Assembly (NCBI GenBank): GCA_022813865.1
Contig: JALDZX010000038.1
Location: 1-64,000, forward strand
Length of the DNA stretch: 64,000 bases
Reading direction: 5' to 3'
Origin: Xylographa opegraphella
Lineage: Eukaryota
Part shown: one piece after another, positions 12,947 through 23,561 of the stretch
How positions within the stretch are numbered: position 1 is the stretch's first letter
Layout: the number at the start of each line of letters is the position of its first letter
Position numbers and translations under genes: made by a program
The notes under the pieces: model-generated
The model's input: only the letters and a program-made list of their open reading frames with translations
Databases searched by the model: none
Told to the model about the DNA's origin: nothing

Positions 12947-13666
12947 TCATTTGACCACTGCCATCAATACGCCGTCGTAATTCTTCTCGCTGACAGTTTG
13001 CAGCACCACAGCATCTACTCGTTCGTCCTTACCTGCGCCTTCAATGACTTGACGCGCGCCTATCACCCCTTCGTCCCCTTGGTACTCTTCACAAACTATG
13101 TTGCCTTTGCGTACGATGTTATCCACAAATATACATCCTCCCGGCAAGGTCATTGGAATTGTTTCTTGGAAATATGCCCAGTTATTCAGCTTGTCAGCGT
13201 CAATATAGACAAATCCAAATTTGGGCCTCTTCCCAGCATTGATCTCTTCCTGCAGTTTCGGGATCACGTCCAAGCCAGCACCCACGATGACGGTAACCCT
13301 ATCAGCCACACCGGCTATCTTGATATTTTGACCCGCAACTTCAGCGCGCCTAGGATCGATCTCAACCGCGGTGACATGAATCTTTGGGTTTTGAGTTGCT
13401 ATCCAAATAGCAGTATAGCCTCCCAAGGTGCCGATCTCAAGGGCATGCTCGACCTTCCCGATTCGACATTGTAACGCGAGGAACTTGGCCAGTACAGGGT
13501 AGGTGGAGATGTCGGGAAGGCCTTGGTCACGGATGTTGATGAGAACGTCGTTGAGCAGCTTGTGGTGTGCATTGGACTCAGGATGTAAGTGGGAGAGGGT
13601 ATAGCCATCCACCGCGATCCATTTTGGATCTGGTTTATGGGTGACGAAAATGTTCTCGGTGGACAT
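12947..13666 (-). CDS. SAM-dependent O-methyltransferase, family 3 (COMT/CCoAOMT-like), 239 aa, intronless
   Basis: SAM motif 'LEIGTLGGYTAIW', plus 'FVYIDADK', 'GGCIFVDN', 'YDG'. Confidence 0.9.
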   Translation of the reverse strand: MSTENIFVTHKPDPKWIAVDGYTLSHLHPESNAHHKLLNDVLINIRDQGLPDISTYPVLAKFLALQCRIGKVEHALEIGTLGGYTAIWIATQNPKIHVTAVEIDPRRAEVAGQNIKIAGVADRVTVIVGAGLDVIPKLQEEINAGKRPKFGFVYIDADKLNNWAYFQETIPMTLPGGCIFVDNIVRKGNIVCEEYQGDEGVIGARQVIEGAGKDERVDAVVLQTVSEKNYDGVLMAVVK

Positions 13667-14079
13667 GATAATTGATTGAATCCAGAGTGTTGGAAGAACT
13701 GGATTATGGAGGGGTTACTCGAAGGATGAGAGATTTTAGGTGCTTAGCTCTGCTCTAGATGGCAAGGACTGAATGCATTGGGGCCACTTGTGCTTTTGAT
13801 ACCATGCCTTATCCTACCGGTCACTCTCAAGTGGAACGCTTCATGTCCCTACACTAGCGATCAATCCCATACCCTTGTATGAAATGCCCCATCAGAAACT
13901 CCAGCAGATACGAAAGACTTTTTGAACCGTATAGACAACTTCTAGACGTGCGGGGGAATCAGCGCAAGCTTGAGAGCCTCGGCCTCTCCAATTCCACAAC
14001 CGTGCGTCATGTGACTTCGCGTGAAGGCTAATGGTGGCTCTAAGTCCGTCACGTCGTCTCTACAAGTGGTTACCACGAT

Positions 14080-17000
14080 ATGAAAGGCACACCGTCAAGT
14101 CAGCGCGATTCCAAGGATCAGTCCCTCCATCTTGACGGTCTGAATGCCGCACAGAGAGCTGCGGTTACATCGCCAGCTTTGGTGCTGCAGATTCTAGCAC
14201 CGCCAGGTTCCGGCAAAACAAAAACACTGACTTCACGTGTCGCACATCTACTGGCACACCACAACCACAAACCATGGAATACCTTATGTCTCACTTTTAC
14301 CATCAAAAGCGCAAGAGAAATGAAGGAGCGGCTGTCGAAGCTGATTGGTCCAGGCCTGGCTTCGAAACTTGTGCTGGGGACCTTTCACTCTGTCTGCCGC
14401 CGATACCTCGTGACATATGGCTACCTCGTCGGTGTTCGGAAAGGCTTTGGGATCGCGGATAGCTCTGATAGTGTGGCCATCATTAATCGTATCACCAAAC
14501 GACTGAAGCTGAATATCGACCCTAAAGCAGCTCGATCCAGAATCTCCAGTAGCAAATCAAAGGGGATCCGGCTTACGGATCTAAGTAATGATTCAAGCAA
14601 GAAAACGAACTTGGATCGGCAGGAATTCCTCACTGTTTTCGAAGCTTACGAGTCGCATCTAGCCATTTCAAACCTGCTTGACTACGATGATCTTCTACTG
14701 AGATGCGTTGACCTGCTGCGACAACATCCCCATTGCGTCTCGAACGTTGAGGCCGTCCTCATCGATGAGTTCCAGGACACCAACGTAGTACAATACGACC
14801 TAATGAGACTCTTCGCTGCCAAGTACAATCGCATCACAACGGTTGGAGACCCTGATCAAAGTATCTACGGTTGGAGATCTGCCGAGATCAAGAATCTGAA
14901 ACGAATGAAAACAGAATACCCGGATACTCTTGTCATCCACCTGGAAGACAACTACCGATCTTCGGGTGCAATTTTGCTGTCGGCGCTGGAAGTTATAGAG
15001 CAAGATCAGTCTCGACCAGCGAAGCCACTTCTACCAACTCATTGTCCAGGCACTGTCCCTGTCCTACGTAGATTGCCAACGGCAGCGATTGAAGCCGCAT
15101 GGATAGTGACCGAGATACAGCGGTCCATGGTCCTGACCGGTAATGTGCTCAAATACGCGGACTTCTCTATTTTGCTCAGATCTGCTTCGCTCTCTCGTGT
15201 CATCGAATCGGCAATGGGTAAAGTGGGGATTCCGTATAAAATGGTCGGAGGGCAAAGATTCTTTGATCGTGTAGAGGTCAAGATATTGCTTGACTACCTC
15301 CGCGTCATAAAACAGCCTGATAATAGTGACGCTCTGGTCCGGATCATCAATGTACCTTCCAGAAGGATCGGAGATGTCACGATCAGGTGTCTATTGGAGG
15401 AGGCAATAGCTGGAGGTCTGACCTTGTGGACACTGATAGAGGAAATCGTGCGAGGCCGCCGGAGATCCAAGACCAAAATTGCAAAAGCAGCAGAGCAAGG
15501 ACTTGTGACTGTCGTCAACATCATACTTACCAGTAGGAAAAAGCTAAGGGATCACGAAATCGCTCTCTCGCCTTACCAAATTCTTGAGTTCATATTGACC
15601 AAACTCAACTACAAAGACTTTCTCGAAAAAACGTATGCGGAGGATCATGAAGGTCGATGGGCCAACGTGGAAGAGTTACTGTCACAGGCTTCCGAATGCT
15701 GTCCGGTACTCCAAGAATCGTTTTCGACGGCTGAAAATGAGATTGACGACTCGTTGCCACGTATCGAGGGGCTTGAGCAAGAGTCTGACAATCAGGCAGA
15801 AGAAGCGCTGGACCGATTTCTCGCCAATGTTGCACTTTCTACCGAACTCCAGAGGGAAGATGAGGATGACAACTTGAGCGGAACTCAGAACAGAGTCATC
15901 ATCTCCACTATCCACGCTGCGAAGGGACTTGAGTGGCCAGTCGTTTTCATTCCCTCTGCCTATGAGGGTTCCATCCCACACTCAAGGGCGGAAGATACCG
16001 ATGAAGAGAGAAGACTGCTCTATGTGGCCATGACCCGTGCTCAAGCACTCCTATACATGAGCTGCCCAATGAGAAACTCGATGAGGGAAGAGACAACGCT
16101 CTCGCCATTCCTCGCTGCAAAGAAGGTTTCAAGGCTTATGACCGATCAAGGTCCGTCACTTCAATTCGACACCGTACGAGACATCTGCCGTATACTACGT
16201 CGTGACTGTCCCTCTGAAAGCCTTGTTCTCGCAGGCATGAGAAGCGCTTCCAATTTGAAGGATGACCTCTGGCCGCTTACTGGAGAGGAATCTCCAGAAG
16301 CCATCGCAGCAAGATGGCATGGCAACAATAAAGTCACGATGCCATTCACCGCAGATCATTCTCTGAAGCGACGTAAGACGGTACCAGAGAACACAAATTT
16401 GCTCGAGGGCTCGGCTACTAATATCAACTTTGCCTTGTCATCATCAATCAAACCCGCGACCACAATGCAGAGATCCTCAACACAATTAATTGTTTCCCAG
16501 GCTGAAGGATTTGTTCCTGCTTCAACGCAGCTGAGGGGAATTCAAAACAACGATCAGCATACATTCGACTCCGCCACTGGGGGACTGAAGCGCAAAATCC
16601 GTGGCTCGGCTAAATCGACATCTAAGAATAGTAGCGCCAAAGCTAAAGATGGTCTGAGGAGATATTGGAGCACATCGATTGACGTACAGCAGCCAGAGTT
16701 GCTTGATAGCTCTGCTGTGTCTCACAACCAAGGTGTTTTGGATAGTGCGGACAAGGAGTTGTCGGGCAGTGCGATGCCAGGAAGTGCTCTGTGCGCTCAA
16801 GCGCTTGTCGCTGCTCCGGCGCCAGGGCTCGCTTCTTCGCCAACACTGCCTACTCGGGCCTCAGGAGCTACAACGAGAAGCGTGCTGGGTACGATCCTTC
16901 AACCGTTGGCCACTCAGTCTTCGCGCGGCTACCGTGCTGCCGGAAATTGTGCACGGATCGCATCCGACAAACAGGATTGTAGCAATCCATACGTCTTCCT

Positions 17001-17271
17001 GTCCAGCTCGCCTCCAGGGGCAGAAAGCCTGATCGAGGCGGCTGAAAGAGAGAACTCGAGAATCGCCCGACCAGTAAAAGACTTTTGTTTGGAAGAGCGA
17101 GAACCAGCAGCCGAGGCATCTCCTCATGACCTAATTCCATCATCGTCTTGCCATGTTACAAGCGAGACACAAGTTCAAGCAAGAATACCGGTGCCAAGGA
17201 GGACTCTAGGAGTGAGACGAAGCATGGTCGGATGGAGTGTTCGTGGGAACCGGCCGCTCTTCAAGTCGTAA
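14080..17271 (+). CDS. srs2: UvrD/Rep-family 3'-5' DNA helicase Srs2, 1063 aa, intronless
   Basis: Q motif 'LNAAQ', Walker A 'APPGSGKT', 'TFH', 'DEFQDT', 'VGDPDQSIYGWR', 'NYRS', 'TIHAAKGLEW', 'EERRLLYVAMTRA', then a long disordered tail. Confidence 0.92.
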   Translation: MKGTPSSQRDSKDQSLHLDGLNAAQRAAVTSPALVLQILAPPGSGKTKTLTSRVAHLLAHHNHKPWNTLCLTFTIKSAREMKERLSKLIGPGLASKLVLGTFHSVCRRYLVTYGYLVGVRKGFGIADSSDSVAIINRITKRLKLNIDPKAARSRISSSKSKGIRLTDLSNDSSKKTNLDRQEFLTVFEAYESHLAISNLLDYDDLLLRCVDLLRQHPHCVSNVEAVLIDEFQDTNVVQYDLMRLFAAKYNRITTVGDPDQSIYGWRSAEIKNLKRMKTEYPDTLVIHLEDNYRSSGAILLSALEVIEQDQSRPAKPLLPTHCPGTVPVLRRLPTAAIEAAWIVTEIQRSMVLTGNVLKYADFSILLRSASLSRVIESAMGKVGIPYKMVGGQRFFDRVEVKILLDYLRVIKQPDNSDALVRIINVPSRRIGDVTIRCLLEEAIAGGLTLWTLIEEIVRGRRRSKTKIAKAAEQGLVTVVNIILTSRKKLRDHEIALSPYQILEFILTKLNYKDFLEKTYAEDHEGRWANVEELLSQASECCPVLQESFSTAENEIDDSLPRIEGLEQESDNQAEEALDRFLANVALSTELQREDEDDNLSGTQNRVIISTIHAAKGLEWPVVFIPSAYEGSIPHSRAEDTDEERRLLYVAMTRAQALLYMSCPMRNSMREETTLSPFLAAKKVSRLMTDQGPSLQFDTVRDICRILRRDCPSESLVLAGMRSASNLKDDLWPLTGEESPEAIAARWHGNNKVTMPFTADHSLKRRKTVPENTNLLEGSATNINFALSSSIKPATTMQRSSTQLIVSQAEGFVPASTQLRGIQNNDQHTFDSATGGLKRKIRGSAKSTSKNSSAKAKDGLRRYWSTSIDVQQPELLDSSAVSHNQGVLDSADKELSGSAMPGSALCAQALVAAPAPGLASSPTLPTRASGATTRSVLGTILQPLATQSSRGYRAAGNCARIASDKQDCSNPYVFLSSSPPGAESLIEAAERENSRIARPVKDFCLEEREPAAEASPHDLIPSSSCHVTSETQVQARIPVPRRTLGVRRSMVGWSVRGNRPLFKS

Positions 17272-18321
17272 ACCATGGGAGGGTAGCCAAGGGCAATATT
17301 GGCAAAACCAATATTCGAGTCCTGAACATCATACCAGCGCCTGGTCCCGGCCACTGATATAGGGCTGCAGAAAATCGAAGTGAATACGCCACGGAGACCG
17401 TCACAACGAACCACAGCCAAACAGGGTAACGAAAATCCTATCTCGCTGGCGATAAATAAATGATTGCGATAAACATCTGCGGTCGCTGGGCGGAATACCA
17501 AGCATCAGACGCTGTTGTGTCACGATTCGTTGAGTATGGGCAAAACGAGCTTCAAAATCGGACCGTGGGAGTCGATGTCCCACAACAGGTCGAGTTGAGG
17601 AAGTCTTGGCGGGCATGTTCGAGGGCTGGCGTCGTGATAGCACGCGGGATGCAGTAGCATGCAGGTCATCGCGGGAAGGTCTGGGAGAGGCTTCATGCAT
17701 CACAGAGCTATATGCTCGGGAAGTGCTTTCGTGCGTCCGGGCCTTCTCGTCGGCATTGGGGGCTGTAAGGACCCGGGTGGACTGCAAGGGCGGAAGACGC
17801 GTCGAAGGATGGACAGAATGGGCGAAGGGACGGAAAAGGCCTAGGTCTCTGTCGCCTTGCATGGTACTGCTCGTGTTCCAGTGCAGAAAGTCCCAGGATA
17901 TGCAGGCGCGAAAAGCCTCAACAGCAGTGCCGCACGGCAGCCGCCTCGCTTTCAGTACGATTTGGTGGCACAGGGTGGTGATGATCCATGGGTATGTTAA
18001 TCGCGCATAGCCAATACCTATGGAATCGTTTCACGCCCCGAAATTGGGAATTGAATCGAGGCAAGGCCGTTTGCCACTATAAAGCATATCCGCCTGAAGA
18101 ACATTGAACTGCGCCCTGTGCGCATGGATGTTGAGTTCCATGCCGGTCTCCCTCCAGTTCGGTGGAGGCACGGTAACAGTTGGTCGTGTTCCGTAAGACG
18201 GTGGTGAGTGATACCGAACGGCGTTTCATAATTGCTCATACAATCGTAGCCGAAGGACGAAGATAGTCAATGGCAATACTTGGACCCATCCTTCGATCGG
18301 AGGTTCCTGAGATGTCGCCCG

Positions 18322-18368
18322 GACCACTCGACCACTCGACCACTCGACCACTCGACCACTCGACCACT
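18322..18368. repeat. Tandem repeat (GACCACTC), about 5.9 copies
   Basis: Five perfect units plus 7 nt, directly visible. Confidence 0.9.
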
Positions 18369-19188
18369 AGAGCAGCCACACCGCCAGCGGCTTAGATGCC
18401 CAAAGATGTGGCTTATGCTCGTCGATTGAGTCATTCTCGGATGCGCCTTCGAGAGCGCCCTACGCCCTACCAGGCGCAGCGCGGCACGTACTATGCCGAG
18501 AGGGGCTTAGTCCAGGGCACTGCCGCCTAAGAGGTAGCGAGTCACACAGCGACCGGCGCACGACTTCACGACTCAACGACAACTGCACAAGTAATCGCTC
18601 CAGCGCTTTCACCTCCAACAACTTGACCCAGCTTCTAAGCTCGTCGACCGCCAGCGTGTCTTGTCGCCCTAGATAGTACCCTTCCGCCGGGAGTATGTGC
18701 TGCTTCGAGTCGATACGCGGTCTTGGCCCCCAACTCACTACCACGCCTTGACTCTTCTTTGAATTTTGGTGACTCAGTCAAGAATATATGACTATTAACG
18801 GCGGCATTTGCCTGCTTCGTCTAAGCGCCCGAGGCGGCCATCGGTCTGTTGGCCTTAGTCCAGCTGCTGCCTCAGCTGCGGTTGTCAATCTACGTAATGC
18901 GCAACTGACCGCGACCCTTTCGGGGGACCGACTGGGTCGTGCCATGACTCTTGCCTTGCAAAGCCCCGGTAGCTTACCTTAGGCAGCTATGGATGGCCTC
19001 AAAAGTGGTCTCTTGGAGAAGTATACTTAAACTCAACCTTTCTTCTGCTCCTCATCCCTTCTCATTCCTGAACAGCCATCTCGCCTCCCCATTGGCCCGA
19101 CACAGGAACTTCTAATCCTCTACACCCACGCTCAAAAGTCCATTGACTATATATCAAGACCAAACCCCGCACTTCTTCTTGCTTGCTG

Positions 19189-19258
19189 CATCGTTCCTGT
19201 CCATCAAAACCACCTCCCTATCTCATCGTTCCTGTCCATCAAAACCACCTCCCTATCT
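19189..19258. repeat. Perfect 35-bp direct tandem duplication (CATCGTTCCTGTCCATCAAAACCACCTCCCTATCT x2)
   Basis: Directly visible, in the pyrimidine-rich region between a TATA-like element (about 19148) and the ATG at 19412. Confidence 0.9.
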
Positions 19259-19411
19259 CCCGCGCTTCCGGTCTCCATTTACGTTGACAGCATATACTAT
19301 CTAATCGCCTAAACCCAGCATACACACACAGACCTACGACCTCACTGTCGCCATTAGCTGCCGCGCGAATCAATCTTACACAGCTCCTCTATCTCGTCCA
19401 CCGCCATCGCA

Positions 19412-19707
19412 ATGTCTTCGAGATACTACGCTTCGTCGACCTACTCCTCCTCCTCATCCACTCGCTCCAGCTCCGAGGACAAACGTCAAGCTCCTGAGCC
19501 CAAGCAGCGATCTGGTAAGCGGCCCCTCATCGCCATTTGCATTGGACTCTCGCTGGGAAGAATTATAGCTAATTGACTCCAGAGCCGGTCCGTGAAGAGC
19601 GCCGACGTACGCAACAAGTGATCATCGACTATCCGCGCAACAATCCCAATGCTCGGGACACGTACCCACGTCGGACCAAGGGACAGGACGGGGGCTTCCA
19701 CCAGTGA
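19412..19707 (+). CDS. Small spliced hypothetical protein, 75 aa (exons 19412-19514 and 19583-19707)
   Basis: Intron GTAAGC...GCTAAT...CCAG (68 nt) joins the exons in frame. TATA-like element and CT-rich leader upstream; many C-ending codons. Product: MSSRYYASSTYSSSSSTRSSSEDKRQAPEPKQRSEPVREERRRTQQVIIDYPRNNPNARDTYPRRTKGQDGGFHQ. Confidence 0.7.
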
Positions 19708-20448
19708 AGCTCAACAGACCCCTGATTCTGTTACAACAGCATAGCACTTTCCTGTATTACCTCGAGTTCATCGGCAAGGTGTAGGTGGGATAATGGGTCA
19801 TCTCCTCGAGCAACATGGGGCCTCTTTTGATTGTTACATTTTTGGTTGTGTATTGAATGAGCACCGGGATCTCCAAGGGGGGGGATACTTAGAACGCGAC
19901 GTCATTGCTGATGGGCAGCTACCTTCTCACGAGGGTCAGGTGTGGACTAGAAGAGTCCTGATTTGTCTTTGGGTCTTTCCATCATCACCATAGACCATCT
20001 TTGGGCGGAGGCACTAATAGAAACAAACTTCCGACCCACACACTCCCCTTGTCCAAATCGTGATCCTAAATCCCTAGTCCTGATCCCAATCCTGGAGACC
20101 CCGTGTTTCACTACAGTGGCAAAAGCGTTCGTGGGCACTCCGAGCTGACCGACCTAACCCCTGGCTGATAAACGCTATCTCGTCCTCGGTCGTGATTCGC
20201 CCTGACCAGCTCCAGCTGTTCTCACCCAAGCTGAAACGAACCGAGCTGAACTCGGCTGTTCGTGCCCACCACGCCTCTTCCCCCTTCTCGAGAGACGCGA
20301 CCGCAATGGTTTCCGACTGGCCATTCCAACGGCCCATGTCGCTGGCTTTTCGATTTAGAAACAATCAGGCATGCCGAGAAGCTGAGATTTCAAATCATCA
20401 TCATCGTACGATCAACCTAGGAACTACCCGGTCGATGAATTCCTCACG

Positions 20449-20461
20449 CCCCCCCCCCCCC
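20449..20461. repeat. Poly-C run (C13)
   Basis: Directly visible. Confidence 0.85.
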
Positions 20462-23080
20462 TGCCCATTGCTATTTTCCGTCCTGGTTCTATTCTAATTA
20501 AAGTCCCGCCCCCCAGCGGATATGGAGAATGCCCACGTCCCGAGTAATTCTGCACCGGCCCGATATGCTGCTCGGCTAGGCGTCATTCTCGCATCGCACC
20601 GTATTGCATGTGTGGAAGGCGCATGGTGCCTGCATCGTCGAGCATGCGACGGACGCGGACTATGCTGACGAGCGGTGGTGGGGTTGGGTGAGATGGGAGG
20701 CGACCTCGAGGAAGAGGGGTGAGACAGCTCGAGGGGCTGACAGGGGGGGCTCATCCCAGGGGCCCAAGGTGCGTCGGGGGCCGAATGCAGGGCGACGAGA
20801 GTGTGTGCATGCAGCCATGCAATGCAGCGATGCATGCATAGAGGGCAAGTCGTGTGGAGGATACGGAGGGTGGGGAGTGTGTCTGGTTGACTCTAGACAT
20901 CTACCGACAGCAACGTTGGTGCCGACTCCGTCGTTCGTCGAGTCCCGGCTGCGCCGCCGTGTGATGCTGTTGTACAAGGAGACCTACTACGCCGTCGACC
21001 GAACCGTACGCTCAAACTGCTCTCCGTGCCCTGGGAATTCGAAACCTCCGCAGCAGACGATATGGATGTACATGAGGCAGTTCGGTTGATGTCGATTTGG
21101 CAGTTTCCGCCGCTAATCCCGAGTCCACTCCTGCCTGAGAACATGATGCGGCACTTTCTGGATCTCCGAAGCACTCCTGGTGTTTTACATCACTCGATTC
21201 TGGCGCAATTTTCGTTTGCATTCAACTCGGTGGTGTTTAGATACCTACAGCCGCGGCGGTGTGCTGTCATCACTACGCTCCTTGAAAGTTGGAACAATGT
21301 GACCGGCACGAGATAGTCCTAAACAGTTCATCCATCCAGACCTATAATCATGATTGAACTAAGTGATTTCACGCTGGTCCCTTGATTCTCACTGTACGTT
21401 TAGAGAGATCAGCATTAGTTGCGCAGCGTGTCATTTTGACGTCCAACATCAATGTTCGAGACCGAACGAATTGTCGTTCCGACTTTGTGGTACGCCGGAT
21501 ACTTCGGACCAAGGGTCCGCCATCTCGACTTCGAGATGGCACGGGTTTGGTGGAAGGAGGGTTTCGAACTGCTCACAATTTAGGAATTATACCCGAGGAG
21601 GATCTCCTGGGTCATGCCGTCCGATCTGATTACAGTATCGAATCCCCGCTACCCGTGGGTGAAGTGGAAGGCCCACTCTGTTTATGTTATCAGAACACGC
21701 AATGAGGGTCAATCATTGTGCTGAGACCAAACCCCTGAATCACATGTAGTTGAACATCTCTTCGAGCCATTCCAGTGCAAGATTCAGTGGCGTCATCTTC
21801 GTTGTCTTCTTCGATTCAGTGCTTGCCCTATTTGCAAGACTGATTACGTCTGAATATGGTGTCTGTAATCGCCGTCACGGAACCAGGTTACCCTTCAATA
21901 TGCAACGCATTGTTAAAATCATGCTATACAGTGGATCCGATACAAAGATATGTGCCCTGGAGATACATAAAACCAACATACCCCGTATCTTTTTTGCTGA
22001 GACAAGAGCTGTTCAGGAAGCATCGACGTTGCGGGTGTGCGTGCAAGACCCTTGTTTGAGTGTATATCGGCCATGACTCCGTGTGCGGCTCAGATAGAGA
22101 ATCCTTCTGCGAAACCACCAGGCGATGATCACCTACCCAGTCTCGAACGAATAGATCGAGCGACCACCGATAACTCCCTAGCAGATCGAGGTAACACAGT
22201 GGAACTAATGAGAATAGAGAACGATATCGATAACGATAACAGGGCCGAATTGAGAATATCAATCTCGATACTACACGTCCTTACTATCTGCTTACGCTAG
22301 ATGGGCACCCAAGGGCACTCTGCAGAGTGACTCGTCTGCTTCTAGTGCAGTTCACGATGCAGAAATTGAAGATGTGGACTTCCTCCATACGAAAATGGCT
22401 ATGGAGGAAGTAGCACGATGTATATAGCTGTAGAAATTATATCTGAAAGTCAAGCAACATTTGTCATTGCCAGGGTAACAACCACTCCCTCATTTTCATC
22501 TCCGATATTTGAGAGATAGATGCATATTTTTTGTCTCTCTGTAGACCAGATCTTTACTTCTTATTTGGCATTTCTCATCTCCAAGCTCGGATCGGTTCTG
22601 TTCCAGCAAACTAACCTCAGAAAGCCTAGTCCCATCTCTACCGGGCCCTAGCGTCCGGTTCTTCGGCTCGATGAAGTCGACGATGACGATGGAGTGAGGT
22701 CGCTGCTAAGCGGCAGTCCACAACGCGGTCGAGAGCCACGATCCACGAACCAGGAGAGACCGCACGTTGTGCGCCTCGAGAAGCAGATTGGCTCCATACG
22801 CGGCGGAGCCATTACCACTCTCGGACACATCGAGCATTGGGCTCTTTCGTTCCCTTTTGGTGGTACGACGTCGATCATGACATGGACAATGATGCGGACC
22901 CAGGCCCGCTTTGGGGGACCTGGGAATTTTGGGATACATGAAAGCTTGCAGCTTTCCGCTTTTTCGTTCTGTGTTTGCTTTGCTCGATCTACCCCAAGTC
23001 ACATCGCTTCTTGAGTATTGACGACCGCTGAGACCGTTTCACCTCCATTTCATCAATCCCCAAGCGTCCCGGTACTCACC

Positions 23081-23561
23081 ATGTACACGCCGACCCTCGT
23101 GCTGGTGTTCCTCCTCTCCCTGCTCGCTCCTTCGTTCGCCATGGCGAACGTTGAGGTACGTATCCCACGACATCCAATCCCCCCACCTCAAAACTAACAT
23201 CCCTCAGCTCCTGCCCCGCCAAGGCGGCGGCCCCGGCGCGACCGCGCAACTCTCCCTCCTCTCGACCCTCAGCCAATCCTCCTTGATGTCGTCCTCCATG
23301 CCCTCCAGCTCCATGACCAGCACCGGCTCCATGACCACCACCCTCCCCGCGTCCGTCTCGGCCTCCGTCTCGGCCTCCATGGCCAGCGTCTCGGCCTCCG
23401 TCTCGCTCGCCACCAACGCCGTCACCGGCGGAGGCAGCGGCTCCGGCGACACGGGCGGAGTGGGCGGAGCGGGCATCAGTGATGCCGAGGCGAGGGCGAG
23501 TGTGAGCGGCGTGTGGGTGGGCTTGCTTGCTGGGATGGTGGGGCTGATGGGTATGTCGTAG
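23081..23561 (+). CDS. Small secreted Ser/Thr/Gly-rich, probably GPI-anchored cell-surface protein, about 142 aa (exons 23081-23155 and 23208-23561)
   Basis: Signal peptide MYTPTLVLVFLLSLLAPSFAMA; intron GTACGT...ACTAAC...TCAG; 'LPRQ' pro-site; Ser/Met-rich stalk; hydrophobic C-terminus 'VSGVWVGLLAGMVGLMGMS'. Confidence 0.82.

Noticed and set aside
17401..17862. 153-aa minus-strand ORF downstream of srs2
   Set aside because: No recognisable motif, and overlapping ORFs on both strands are typical of GC-rich non-coding DNA. An orphan gene cannot be excluded.
18460..18744. 94-aa minus-strand ORF with a helical-looking segment (LAVDELRSWVKLLEVKALERLL)
   Set aside because: GTG start, no convincing splice model and no recognisable family.
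20494..22300. Many overlapping 70-160-aa ORFs and an ATCGA/GATA-rich patch near 22150-22270
   Set aside because: No consistent coding strand, splice model or transposon termini seen.
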